From positions 15,391-30,966 of the forward strand of contig JAYNIA010000030.1 in NCBI GenBank assembly GCA_038108555.1: a DNA stretch of 15,576 nt, read 5' to 3'. Numbering within the stretch: the first letter of the stretch is position 1; each line of letters begins with the position of its first letter. The position numbers and the translations under genes are program-made. The notes beneath the pieces were generated by a model that saw only the letters and a program-made list of their open reading frames with translations, searched no databases and was not told the DNA's origin. Positions 1 to 8,733 of this stretch are shown here, one piece after another. Origin of the DNA: Nitrospinota bacterium (GTDB lineage Bacteria > Nitrospinota > Nitrospinia > Nitrospinales > VA-1).

Positions 1-21
1 TTAAAGAATTAGAGGAAAAAT

Positions 22-552
22 ATGTCATCGGAACAAGCATCAGAAAAAACTGCGGAAGATTATTTTAAGGATGGCCTGGCTTTCAGCAAGTTGGGCGACG
101 ACCGCAGGACTTTTGAATCCTATAAAAAAGCAATTGAACTCAACCCCGACCATTTTCTAGCACATTTTAATCTGGGCATTCGTTACGGAAAGCTTCGCAT
201 GAATTTGGAAGCATCTAAATCATTCCGGGAAGCACTTCGAATAAAACCGGAGGCACCCATGGTCCATTACAGTTTGGCAGTCGTGAGCAACCTCATCGGT
301 GAGATGGACGAAGCTTTCAAACATTACAAGGAAGCCCTGCGCATCAACCCTGAATTTGGAAGAGCACACAGTAACATCGCCATGTTGTATTACGGAATCA
401 AGTCGGGCAAGGAAGCTATTCACCACCTTTCCAAAGCCGCAGATATTTTTAAGGAAACCGGTGAAGAGTTTATGGAAAAAAATGCCCGCGACTTGCTGGA
501 TGAATGTGGAAGGGAATTTGGCCTGACTCCTGAAGACTGTAAAACTATTTAG
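22..552 (+). CDS. Tetratricopeptide repeat (TPR) protein
   Basis: 176-aa ORF with AGAGG Shine-Dalgarno upstream. Contains three to four ~34-aa TPR units (YKKAIELNPDHFLAHFNLG, FREALRIKPEAPMVHYSLA, YKEALRINPEFGRAHSNIA). Confidence 0.9.
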   Translation: MSSEQASEKTAEDYFKDGLAFSKLGDDRRTFESYKKAIELNPDHFLAHFNLGIRYGKLRMNLEASKSFREALRIKPEAPMVHYSLAVVSNLIGEMDEAFKHYKEALRINPEFGRAHSNIAMLYYGIKSGKEAIHHLSKAADIFKETGEEFMEKNARDLLDECGREFGLTPEDCKTI

Positions 553-555
553 AGG

Positions 556-612
556 TAAACCTTTCAGCTGTAATATCTAAACCTTAGCTTTCATACCCTG
601 AAGGGATACAAT
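556..612 (+). promoter_or_regulatory. Putative sigma70 promoter (-10 TACAAT at 607-612) with upstream TAAACCTT direct repeats
   Basis: TACAAT lies 5 nt before ATG 618. Weak -35 TTAGCT (584-589) at 17-bp spacing. TAAACCTT occurs at 556-563 and 578-585. Confidence 0.35.
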
Positions 613-617
613 AGATC

Positions 618-2054
618 ATGGCCTTTTTCAGCTTTAAAAAATTATTCAGCTTCTGGAAGAAGCCATCGGCCAACAAGTTGGAATTTGATGTTGTAATTTT
701 AGGCGGTGGATCAGCAGGTTACGCTGCCGCCTCAACCGCACAATCCCAGGGCGCAAAAGTGGCTATTGTTGATCCCGGTCCCCTCGGGGGACTCTGCATT
801 CTCCGGGGTTGCATGCCCACCAAAACCATTCTCCGCTCCTCAGATATCATTTCACTCATGCGCCGGGCTACGGAATTTGGATTGCTCCCTGTAAAAGCCG
901 GTGCCGATCTCGCCGCAATCAATGATCGCAAAAACCAATTGATTGGAGAATTTACCGATTACCGGGTCGAACAATTGAAAGACCACCGCTTCACCCTCAT
1001 CGAAGAAAAAGCGGAATTCATTTCATCCAATGAAATCAAAGCCGGACCACAAACAATCAAAGCCAAATCTTTTATCATTTCTACCGGTTCGGTGATTGCC
1101 GATTACCCGATACCCGGATTGAAGGAAACAGGGTTCGTCACCAGCGATGATGTTTTAACAATGCGGAAAGAACCCGAGTCGATCATTGTTTTGGGAGCCG
1201 GTGCGGTAGCAGTAGAGTTGGCCCAGTTTTTTCTGCGAATTGGAACAAAGGTAACTTTAATCCAAAGAAGCGATCATATCCTTTCCCAGGGGGATGAAGA
1301 TTTGGCGCGCCCTGTAGAGGACCGTTTTCGCGAAGAGGGAATGGATCTATATACCGGAACAAAAATTATAAAAGCCACTCGCGAAAACGAACGTTCCAAA
1401 GTTTTTTTCGAACACGATGGAAAAGAAAAGCAGGTCGAGGCAGAAACCATTCTTCAGGCTCTTGGGAGAAGGCCAAATATTGATGGACTCAACCTTGAGG
1501 CTGCCGGGATTACCACCGAAAAAGGCCGTGTTATGGTGGATTCCGAAATGCGTACTAACCAAGAAAATATTTACGCAGTGGGAGATGTGAATGGAATTCA
1601 TGAAGTCGTTCACATCGCCATCCAACAGGGGGAAATTGCAGGATTCAACGCGTGCCATCCTGAAAAACCCAAACAAGTCGATGACCGTTTAAAAGCTTCG
1701 GTTGTTTTTACCGATCCCGCCGTGGCCAGTGTCGGTTTGAGTGAGAAAGAATGCAAGGCCGCAAACATTGATTACCTCGTGGCATCCCATCCCTTCAGCG
1801 ACCATGGTAAATCCATGTGCCTTGGTGAAACCCACGGACATGTAAAAATTTTATGCGATCCTTCCACCGGGGAAGTATTAGGGGGCCATATTACAGGGCC
1901 CGAGGCAGGAGAACTGATACACGAAATCATCACTCTCATGCATTTCCGGGGAACCGTTAAAGACCTGATGAATATTCCGCATTACCACCCTACCCTTGCG
2001 GAGATCCTGACGTATCCGGCTGAAGAACTTGCCGAACAATTAACCGGCAAGTAA
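618..2054 (+). CDS. Class-I pyridine nucleotide-disulfide oxidoreductase (lipoamide dehydrogenase / mercuric reductase superfamily), probably NADPH-preferring
   Basis: FAD-binding GGGSAG, redox disulfide GGLCILRGCMPTK (C60/C65), nucleotide motif GAGAVA, IYAVGD, and C-terminal HPTLAE His-Glu dyad. No C-terminal Cys-Cys pair. Confidence 0.9.
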   Translation: MAFFSFKKLFSFWKKPSANKLEFDVVILGGGSAGYAAASTAQSQGAKVAIVDPGPLGGLCILRGCMPTKTILRSSDIISLMRRATEFGLLPVKAGADLAAINDRKNQLIGEFTDYRVEQLKDHRFTLIEEKAEFISSNEIKAGPQTIKAKSFIISTGSVIADYPIPGLKETGFVTSDDVLTMRKEPESIIVLGAGAVAVELAQFFLRIGTKVTLIQRSDHILSQGDEDLARPVEDRFREEGMDLYTGTKIIKATRENERSKVFFEHDGKEKQVEAETILQALGRRPNIDGLNLEAAGITTEKGRVMVDSEMRTNQENIYAVGDVNGIHEVVHIAIQQGEIAGFNACHPEKPKQVDDRLKASVVFTDPAVASVGLSEKECKAANIDYLVASHPFSDHGKSMCLGETHGHVKILCDPSTGEVLGGHITGPEAGELIHEIITLMHFRGTVKDLMNIPHYHPTLAEILTYPAEELAEQLTGK

Positions 2055-2059
2055 TCAAG

Positions 2060-3406
2060 TTACATTTCTTCCAGTTTGTCTGCCAGGCGATCCATCTCTT
2101 CCTGAGTGTTCAACTCGGTAGCACAAAGCAACAGACAGTTTTTCAGTTCAGGATAATGTTGTTCCAGGGGATAGCCGCCAATGATGGAATCCTGTTTCAG
2201 AGCTTGTAAAACCTCTTCGACAGGTCGGGGACATTCGAGAACAAATTCGTTGAAGGAATGAGTGCCAAATTTGATTTCAAATCCGGAAATATGTGCCAAC
2301 CGGTTTTTAAGGTAATGGGCTTTTCGCACATTCAAGGTTGCCATTTCATACAATCCCTGTTTCCCAAGAGTCGACAGGAAAATGGTAGCCGCCAGAGCGC
2401 AAAGCCCCTGATTGGTGCAGATATTTGATGTGGCCCTTTCGCGGCGGATATGTTGTTCCCGAGTGGACAGGGTGAGCACATAGGCGCGTTTGCCGTTCTG
2501 GTCTTTGGTCTCACCGGCGAGCCTTCCCGGCATTTGACGGAGGTATTTTTCGCGAGTGGCAAAAAATCCTACATAGGGTCCCCCAAACGAAACCGGCAAT
2601 CCAAAAGATTGCCCTTCGCCCACCACAATATCCGCTCCGCGTTGTCCCGGCGGCTTTAAGATCCCCAAAGAAAGTGCTTCGGCAACGGCCACGATCAACA
2701 AAGTTCCATTTTTCGCAAGCGTTTCAGCCAGCGAGGCATATTCTTCTACCGTGCCGAAAAAGTTTGGGGTTTGAATAACAACTGCGGATGTATTCTCTGA
2801 AAGATTTTTTGAAACAAATTCGAAATCAGTACCACCGTCATTGGTGTAGGGAATTTCTTTCAAATCAAAATTGCTTCCCCGTGTATACGTATCTACAACC
2901 GTTCGATATTCTGGATGAATGGCACGGGAAACTAGGAATTCACTCCGGCGATTAATGCGGTTCGCCATGATCACCGCTTCTGCCAATGAAGAAGCACCGT
3001 CGTACATGGAGGCATTGGCGATTTCCATGCCCGTCAACAGGCAAATCATTGTTTGAAATTCATAAATAGCTTGAAGAGTTCCCTGGCTGACTTCCGGCTG
3101 ATAGGGGGTGTAACTGGTTGCAAATTCCCCTCGCGAAATCAAGTGATCGATCAGGATGGGAGAGAAATGATGATACGCCCCTGCTCCCAAAAACACAGAT
3201 CCGTTTTCAGAAGTGGTGTTTCTTTTTTGCAACCGTTTCAGGTATTGCGTCAGTTCACTTTCGGGAAGGCTGGGAGGCAGATCCAGCAGTTTATTGTTTA
3301 GCCGTAAAGACTCCGGGATGCTGTCGAACAATTCATCTACATTCTTGACGCCGATTTCGGCGAGCATTTGTTTGATGTCTTGTTCCGTGTGGGGGATATA
3401 CCGCAT
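2060..3406 (-). CDS. gcvPA: Glycine dehydrogenase (decarboxylating) subunit 1, glycine cleavage P-protein alpha
   Basis: 448 aa with MRYIPHT start, FLGAGAYHH, YTPYQPEVSQGTLQAIYEFQ, NASMYDG, GGPYVGF and REQHIRRERATSNICTNQ. Follows gcvT and gcvH. Confidence 0.97.
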   Translation of the reverse strand: MRYIPHTEQDIKQMLAEIGVKNVDELFDSIPESLRLNNKLLDLPPSLPESELTQYLKRLQKRNTTSENGSVFLGAGAYHHFSPILIDHLISRGEFATSYTPYQPEVSQGTLQAIYEFQTMICLLTGMEIANASMYDGASSLAEAVIMANRINRRSEFLVSRAIHPEYRTVVDTYTRGSNFDLKEIPYTNDGGTDFEFVSKNLSENTSAVVIQTPNFFGTVEEYASLAETLAKNGTLLIVAVAEALSLGILKPPGQRGADIVVGEGQSFGLPVSFGGPYVGFFATREKYLRQMPGRLAGETKDQNGKRAYVLTLSTREQHIRRERATSNICTNQGLCALAATIFLSTLGKQGLYEMATLNVRKAHYLKNRLAHISGFEIKFGTHSFNEFVLECPRPVEEVLQALKQDSIIGGYPLEQHYPELKNCLLLCATELNTQEEMDRLADKLEEM

Positions 3407-3438
3407 TTTGGGGAGGCCTGAAATTTTGTTTAGAGTAA

Positions 3439-3828
3439 CTAGCCTTGTTCTTTATTGCACTGCTCAATATAATCTTCAGGGCTCATTAATTTTTCGAGTT
3501 CTTTGTCATCTGAAACTTCAACTTCAATAATCCATCCATCTCCATAGGGTGCATCGTTTACCTGTTCAGGATGCGCCTCGAGGTCTTTATTCACTGCCGT
3601 TACAGTTCCGCTGATGGGAGCATAAAGATCGGAAACGGTTTTAACAGATTCAACCACCCCAAATGGACTTTCCTGTTCCACCAGAGAACCTACCTCCGGG
3701 AGTTCGACAAAAACAATGTCACCCAGTTGCTCTTGAGCAAATTGGGTAATACCTACTGCTGCTTTATTTCCATCCACACGAATCCATTCATGTTCTTGGG
3801 TGTAAAGAAGATTTTCAGGGACCTCCAT
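3439..3828 (-). CDS. gcvH: Glycine cleavage system H protein
   Basis: HEW, GITQFAQEQLGDIVFVELP, lipoyl-Lys motif VESVKTVSDLYAP and PYGDGW. GGAGG SD upstream on the minus strand. Confidence 0.98.
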   Translation of the reverse strand: MEVPENLLYTQEHEWIRVDGNKAAVGITQFAQEQLGDIVFVELPEVGSLVEQESPFGVVESVKTVSDLYAPISGTVTAVNKDLEAHPEQVNDAPYGDGWIIEVEVSDDKELEKLMSPEDYIEQCNKEQG

Positions 3829-3846
3829 GTTGCCTCCAGGAAATTA

Positions 3847-4965
3847 TCATTTTGATTTTTTTACACGACTTGGCAGGAAAGGAAGTTTGATGACCTCAGC
3901 GGGCACATTCGATTTCCTTATTTCCACATCCAGATTTGTTCCGGGTTTTGCATATTCTGTGGATACATAACATAAACCGATTCCTGTATTCAAGGAAGGA
4001 GAAAATGTTCCACTGGTCAATTCACCTACAGGCGATCCATCTTTCAGTACCCGGTAATGGGGACGCGGAACTCCACGATCCAACAATCGAATGCCTACCA
4101 GTTTTTGCGAAAGACCTGCATCTTTTTGTTTTTTAAGTGCTGCCTTCCCCAAAAAATCTTCTTTTTGCAATTTTATGACCCACCCCAATCCGGCTTCCAA
4201 AGGATTCCCATTTTCACTGAGTTCGTTTCCATATAAGGCATAACCCATTTCCATCCTCAAAGTATCCCTTGCCCCAAGGCCAATGGGTTGCAGGTCATAA
4301 GGCTGTCCTTTTTCAATAAGAGATTTGTATACAGTCTCCGCTACATTTGAATCCACGTATATTTCAAAACCGTCCTCTCCCGTGTAACCCGTACGCGCTA
4401 CAATGCATTCAAAATTCTGGATTTTTGCTTTTCTAAAATGGTAATATTCAATCTCGCTCAACTGGATATCGCATAGTTTTTGAACCAGTTCCTCAGAGTG
4501 TTTCCCCTGAACCGCCAGTTGCGCCGTCTGTGGACTGGTATTTTTTACCGAAGCATTAAAATTACCCGAATTTTTCAGAATCCATTCAAAATCTTTGTCG
4601 GAATTGGATGCATTTACACAAAGGAAATAGTGATCCTCGGAAAAACGGTGGACTAATAAATCGTCCACAACGCCCCCGGTCTCCAGGCACATCAAGGTAT
4701 ACAAGGCTTGATTGTTTTGCATGGGTTCAATATCATTGGTAACCAGATATTGGATCAGGTTTTTTGCTTCAGGACCCGAGATTTCAATTTCTCCCATATG
4801 GCTTACATCGAAAATACCCACACCATCACGAACGCACTGATGCTCCTGAATCACACCTTTAAACTGGATGGGCATGTGCCAGCCTGCAAAAGGGACCAGT
4901 TTTCCGCCCATTTCCTTATGCATTGCGTGGAGTGGAGTCGTTTTTAGATTTGAATCATCAGCCAT
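3847..4965 (-). CDS. gcvT: Glycine cleavage system aminomethyltransferase T
   Basis: KTTPLH, FAGWHMP, FDVSHMGE, RTGYTGEDGFE, GLGARDTLRMEMGYALYGNE and TSGTFSPSL motifs. Confidence 0.98.
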   Translation of the reverse strand: MADDSNLKTTPLHAMHKEMGGKLVPFAGWHMPIQFKGVIQEHQCVRDGVGIFDVSHMGEIEISGPEAKNLIQYLVTNDIEPMQNNQALYTLMCLETGGVVDDLLVHRFSEDHYFLCVNASNSDKDFEWILKNSGNFNASVKNTSPQTAQLAVQGKHSEELVQKLCDIQLSEIEYYHFRKAKIQNFECIVARTGYTGEDGFEIYVDSNVAETVYKSLIEKGQPYDLQPIGLGARDTLRMEMGYALYGNELSENGNPLEAGLGWVIKLQKEDFLGKAALKKQKDAGLSQKLVGIRLLDRGVPRPHYRVLKDGSPVGELTSGTFSPSLNTGIGLCYVSTEYAKPGTNLDVEIRKSNVPAEVIKLPFLPSRVKKSK

Positions 4966-5062
4966 TGAAAAACACCTGGAATTTTTGATAACGAAAGCGA
5001 ATCATCTGTATAACCAATATACCAGTACCAAGCAAGAAATTATGAATAATAAAAAAAGGAAA

Positions 5063-5071
5063 TGGTAAAAT
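5063..5071 (+). promoter_or_regulatory. Putative extended -10 promoter (TG-G-TAAAAT)
   Basis: TGGTAAAAT sits 6 nt before ATG 5078, preceded by an A-rich tract, in the divergent gcvT/NTase intergenic region. Confidence 0.4.
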
Positions 5072-5077
5072 GCGGCT

Positions 5078-6097
5078 ATGAGCCTATCAAACGGACATAA
5101 AAAATATGATGTGATTCTGGTCGCTGGAGAAGGAAAAGCCAGCTACAAGGTTTACCACCAGAACAAGGCGTTTTTAACCCTCCAGGGGAAGTGCGTCATT
5201 CTCTATGTCATTGAAGCCTTACAGCAGGTCGAATCCATCGGAGATATTTATATTGTCGGACTAAAAGACAAGCTGGAACAGGTCCTGCATTCGAGTCGGA
5301 TCGACCGCGAATCTCCGAAACGAATTCATGTGGTCGAGCAAAAAACCAACTTATATGAAAACGTCTGGCAAACCTTTCTGCAATCGCAACAGGTTGAGGA
5401 AAAAAACACGGACCCACATCGAGATAAAGCGGTCCTTATTGTTCCCTGCGATGCACCATTGATCACACCCCATGAAGTAGAATATTTCATTTCCAAAGCA
5501 GATATGGATCGTTACGATCATGTTCTTGGATTGGTTTCCCGGGAAAAATTGCGGCACTTTTATCCTCAGGATGGCAAGCCAGGAATCAAGATGGCTTATT
5601 TGCATATCAAGGAAGACAGTTTCCGCATTAACAACCTGCACCTCGTTAAACCCCTATGCATTGAGAACAGGGAATATATTCAGAAAATGTACCAATACCG
5701 CTACCAGCGGAATTTTAAGAATCTGGTATTATTTGGGTTGTCCGTATTTGGAAAAGACAAGGCGAAACATTATAAAAATTATATCGGATTGCAATTATGC
5801 CTGTTTTTTGGCGGACTCGGCCTGGAGTTCGTGGTAGATTGGTTCAGAAAATTGAACCCCAAAAAAGAACTGGAAGAATCGATATCTACAATAATGAAAA
5901 CCCGGTTTTCGGCTTTGGAAGTGCCTTTTCCGGGAGCAGCTTTGGATATTGACAATGCAAAAGATTATGAAGCAATGAAAACCCGATTCGATGAATGGCA
6001 GAAATATTTGAGGACAACACCCTTTAGCAGTAAAGAAAAATACAGCGAGGCATTTTCCCCTTCCCGAAAAGTGGTACGCACTTCTTCCATAAACTGA
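5078..6097 (+). CDS. Nucleotidyltransferase-family protein (MobA/GlmU/IspD-like nucleotide-diphospho-sugar transferase fold), substrate unknown
   Basis: N-terminal VILVAG...NKAFLTLQGKCVILYVIEAL, central LIVPCDAPLI and C-terminal LDIDNAKDY, all typical of NTP_transf_3-like enzymes. At 339 aa it is longer than MobA. Confidence 0.8.
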   Translation: MSLSNGHKKYDVILVAGEGKASYKVYHQNKAFLTLQGKCVILYVIEALQQVESIGDIYIVGLKDKLEQVLHSSRIDRESPKRIHVVEQKTNLYENVWQTFLQSQQVEEKNTDPHRDKAVLIVPCDAPLITPHEVEYFISKADMDRYDHVLGLVSREKLRHFYPQDGKPGIKMAYLHIKEDSFRINNLHLVKPLCIENREYIQKMYQYRYQRNFKNLVLFGLSVFGKDKAKHYKNYIGLQLCLFFGGLGLEFVVDWFRKLNPKKELEESISTIMKTRFSALEVPFPGAALDIDNAKDYEAMKTRFDEWQKYLRTTPFSSKEKYSEAFSPSRKVVRTSSIN

Positions 6098-6152
6098 TTA
6101 AGAAACAACTAACACATTAATATCTCCCGGATTTAGATCTCACTTCCAATTT

Positions 6153-6181
6153 TTGCCCGAAGTTTTAACCGGTTTTATAGT
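6153..6181 (+). promoter_or_regulatory. Putative sigma70 promoter of the lepA-lepB operon
   Basis: TTGCCC (6153-6158), 17-nt spacer, TATAGT (6176-6181), ending 21 nt before the lepA ATG. Confidence 0.55.
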
Positions 6182-6202
6182 TTGATTATTTAAAAAGAAA
6201 AT

Positions 6203-8005
6203 ATGGATCAGAAAAAAATTAGAAATTTCTCTATCATTGCCCATATCGATCACGGCAAGTCTACTCTCGCAGACAAGTTGATCCTGGCTACCGCTGCCCT
6301 TTCCAAACGTGAAATGAAGGATCAGGTCCTGGATAATATGGACCTCGAACGCGAACGTGGGATAACGATTAAAGCGCAAACGGTTTGTCTAAAATACACC
6401 TCAAAGGAAGAAGGTGATTTTGTATTTAACATGATTGATACCCCAGGCCATGTGGACTTCACCTACGAGGTCTCCCGCAGCCTTGCTGCGTGTGAAGGGG
6501 TATTGCTGGTTATTGATGCAACCCAGGGAATTCAGGCACAAACCATTGCCAATTTGAACCTGGCAATGCAACATGATCTGGCTGTGGTTCCCGTTATCAA
6601 CAAAATTGACCTCCCCAGTGCTGATCCCGAATTCATCAAAGAACAATTGGAAGATGTTTTACAAATCGAGTCGGACAACGCTGTTTTAGTAAGCGCAAAA
6701 GAAGGAATTGGCATCGAGGAGTTGATGGAATCTGTGACCCGGTTAATCCCTCATCCCGATGGCAACGAATCCGAAAACCTGCAAGCCCTTCTTTTTGATG
6801 CCTGGTACGATTCTTTCCGGGGAGTTATTGTCCTGGTCAAAGTTCAACATGGAAAACTCGCGGTGAACGATGAAATTATCATGATGGCAACGGGCAATAA
6901 ATTTATCGTTGAGGAATTGGGCACCTTTAATCCCAAACAAGAACCCAAGTCCAGTTTAAAGGCAGGGGAAGTTGGATACCTGATCGCTGGAATCAAACAG
7001 TTGGACCAAACCAAAGTCGGCGACACCATCACTCATGCTAAGGCACCTGCGGAAAACCCTCTGCCAGGCTACAAAGAAGTTAAACCCATGGTGTTCAGTG
7101 GACTCTATCCAATCAGCGGCGATGATTATGAAGACCTGCGGGATTCCCTTAAAAAATTAACTTTGAACGACGCTTCATTTTCTTACGAAGCTGAAACATC
7201 AACCGCATTGGGGTTCGGATTTCGTTGCGGGTTTCTCGGCCTGTTACATATGGAAATAGTTCGCGAGCGTATAGAGCGGGAATACAAGGTCAATCTTCTC
7301 ACAACCGCACCGACTGTTATTTACAAGGTGATTACCACCGATGGCAAAACCATAATGATTGACAACCCCACCAAACTCAAAGAGCAGAAAAATATAGATC
7401 ATCTTGAAGAACCCTATGTTTTGGGAACGATCATTTCTCCTGACGAATATATAGGCGTCATCATGTCACTGGTAAGAGACCGGCGCGGCATCCAGAAAAA
7501 AATGGAATACCTCAATCCAGAAACCGTTATGTTGGAGTACGAATTGCCTTTCAATGAAATCGTTTTGGATTTTTATGACAAATTAAAATCTTCCACCAAA
7601 GGTTATGCATCCTTTGATTATGAATTTATAGATTTCAGGACATCCAGTCTGGTAAAGTTGGACGTTCTTTTAAATGGAGAACTGGTTGATGCCTTATCTT
7701 TAATTGCCCACAAGGACAAGGTGTATTATCAGGGACGTGAGCTTGCTAAAAAACTCAAGCAACAAATTCCCCGACAAATGTTTGAAGTTGCAATCCAGGC
7801 AGCCATAGGCAGCAAGGTCATTGCGCGAGAAACCGTAAAAGCATTGCGCAAAAATGTTCTAGCCAAATGTTACGGGGGAGACATCACGCGGAAACGCAAA
7901 TTGCTTGAGAAACAAAAAGAAGGTAAGAAAAAAATGAAACAGATTGGAAGTGTTGAAATTCCGCAAGAAGCTTTTCTAGCAGTGCTGAGGACGGATGACA
8001 AATAA
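6203..8005 (+). CDS. lepA: Elongation factor 4 (LepA GTPase)
   Basis: [56 protein letters not shown] and C-terminal [22 protein letters not shown]. 600 aa. Confidence 0.99.
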   Translation: MDQKKIRNFSIIAHIDHGKSTLADKLILATAALSKREMKDQVLDNMDLERERGITIKAQTVCLKYTSKEEGDFVFNMIDTPGHVDFTYEVSRSLAACEGVLLVIDATQGIQAQTIANLNLAMQHDLAVVPVINKIDLPSADPEFIKEQLEDVLQIESDNAVLVSAKEGIGIEELMESVTRLIPHPDGNESENLQALLFDAWYDSFRGVIVLVKVQHGKLAVNDEIIMMATGNKFIVEELGTFNPKQEPKSSLKAGEVGYLIAGIKQLDQTKVGDTITHAKAPAENPLPGYKEVKPMVFSGLYPISGDDYEDLRDSLKKLTLNDASFSYEAETSTALGFGFRCGFLGLLHMEIVRERIEREYKVNLLTTAPTVIYKVITTDGKTIMIDNPTKLKEQKNIDHLEEPYVLGTIISPDEYIGVIMSLVRDRRGIQKKMEYLNPETVMLEYELPFNEIVLDFYDKLKSSTKGYASFDYEFIDFRTSSLVKLDVLLNGELVDALSLIAHKDKVYYQGRELAKKLKQQIPRQMFEVAIQAAIGSKVIARETVKALRKNVLAKCYGGDITRKRKLLEKQKEGKKKMKQIGSVEIPQEAFLAVLRTDDK

Positions 8006-8720
8006 TTCTGAAACCAAATCCGAAAACGGACCTGTAAAAAGAAAAAGCGTCGCCCGCGAGTATGCCGAGGCAATTTTCATCGCACTTCTTCTCGCCCTGT
8101 TTATCCGAACCTTTTTCATTCAGGCATTCAAGATACCATCAGGATCCATGGAAACCACCCTTTTGATCGGTGACCACATCCTGGTATCCAAGTATGCCTA
8201 TGGAACCCATGTTCCCAATGAAATTCCCTTTCTAAATATCAAACTGTTTGACGATATCATCTTCTTTCCAAAAACACCCGAGCGTGGAGACATTATTGTT
8301 TTCAAGTTCCCAAAAGATGAGAAACGTGATTTTATTAAAAGGGTGATTGGAGTTCCCGGTGATTTGCTTGAGGTCCGTCGGCAGAAGGTTTTTATTAATG
8401 GGAAACCTTATGACGACACGCACGCACAGCACACCGAACCCTCTTGTGAAATTTCTTCAGCCTCAGCCCAGGAAACGGATTCATTAAATAAATGTCAAGA
8501 CACCGGCCCTAACGTTCCGCGTGATGATTTTGGTCCCGTTCTTGTACCCGATGGCCATTTGTTCATGATGGGAGACAACCGGGAAAACAGTCAGGACAGC
8601 CGCTACTGGGGCTTTCTCGATGTAAAAAAAGTACGTGGAAAAGCCTTGATGATTTACTGGTCCTGGGATCAATTGAAAAGCTGGGTCCGCTTTGATCGTT
8701 TTGGAAAAATCCTGGAATAA
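7995..8720 (+). CDS. lepB: Signal peptidase I
   Basis: One N-terminal TM segment, catalytic Ser motif IPSGSM, Lys motif FIKRVIG, and [16 protein letters not shown]. Overlaps the end of lepA by 11 nt, matching the conserved lepA-lepB operon. Confidence 0.97.
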   Translation: MTNNSETKSENGPVKRKSVAREYAEAIFIALLLALFIRTFFIQAFKIPSGSMETTLLIGDHILVSKYAYGTHVPNEIPFLNIKLFDDIIFFPKTPERGDIIVFKFPKDEKRDFIKRVIGVPGDLLEVRRQKVFINGKPYDDTHAQHTEPSCEISSASAQETDSLNKCQDTGPNVPRDDFGPVLVPDGHLFMMGDNRENSQDSRYWGFLDVKKVRGKALMIYWSWDQLKSWVRFDRFGKILE

Positions 8721-8733
8721 CTTGTTACCCTCA

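Noticed and set aside
618..2054. Calling the oxidoreductase merA or lpdA
   Set aside because: No C-terminal Cys-Cys, NmerA domain or mer genes for merA. NADPH-type motifs argue against canonical LpdA. Symbol left blank.
4966..5077. Glycine riboswitch upstream of gcvT
   Set aside because: Only 112 AT-rich nt, shared with a divergent gene. The GGAGA, CCGAAG and CUCUCAGG elements are absent on the minus strand.
5078..6097. mobA, linked with the ModE-like gene as a molybdenum module
   Set aside because: Too long, lacks the MobA LAGG.S.RMG motif, and lies 6 kb from the ModE-like gene with unrelated genes between.
8692..8733. TTG start of the HAD gene given in the ORF track
   Set aside because: Overlaps lepB by 29 nt. 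ATG 8734 just after the lepB stop is more plausible.
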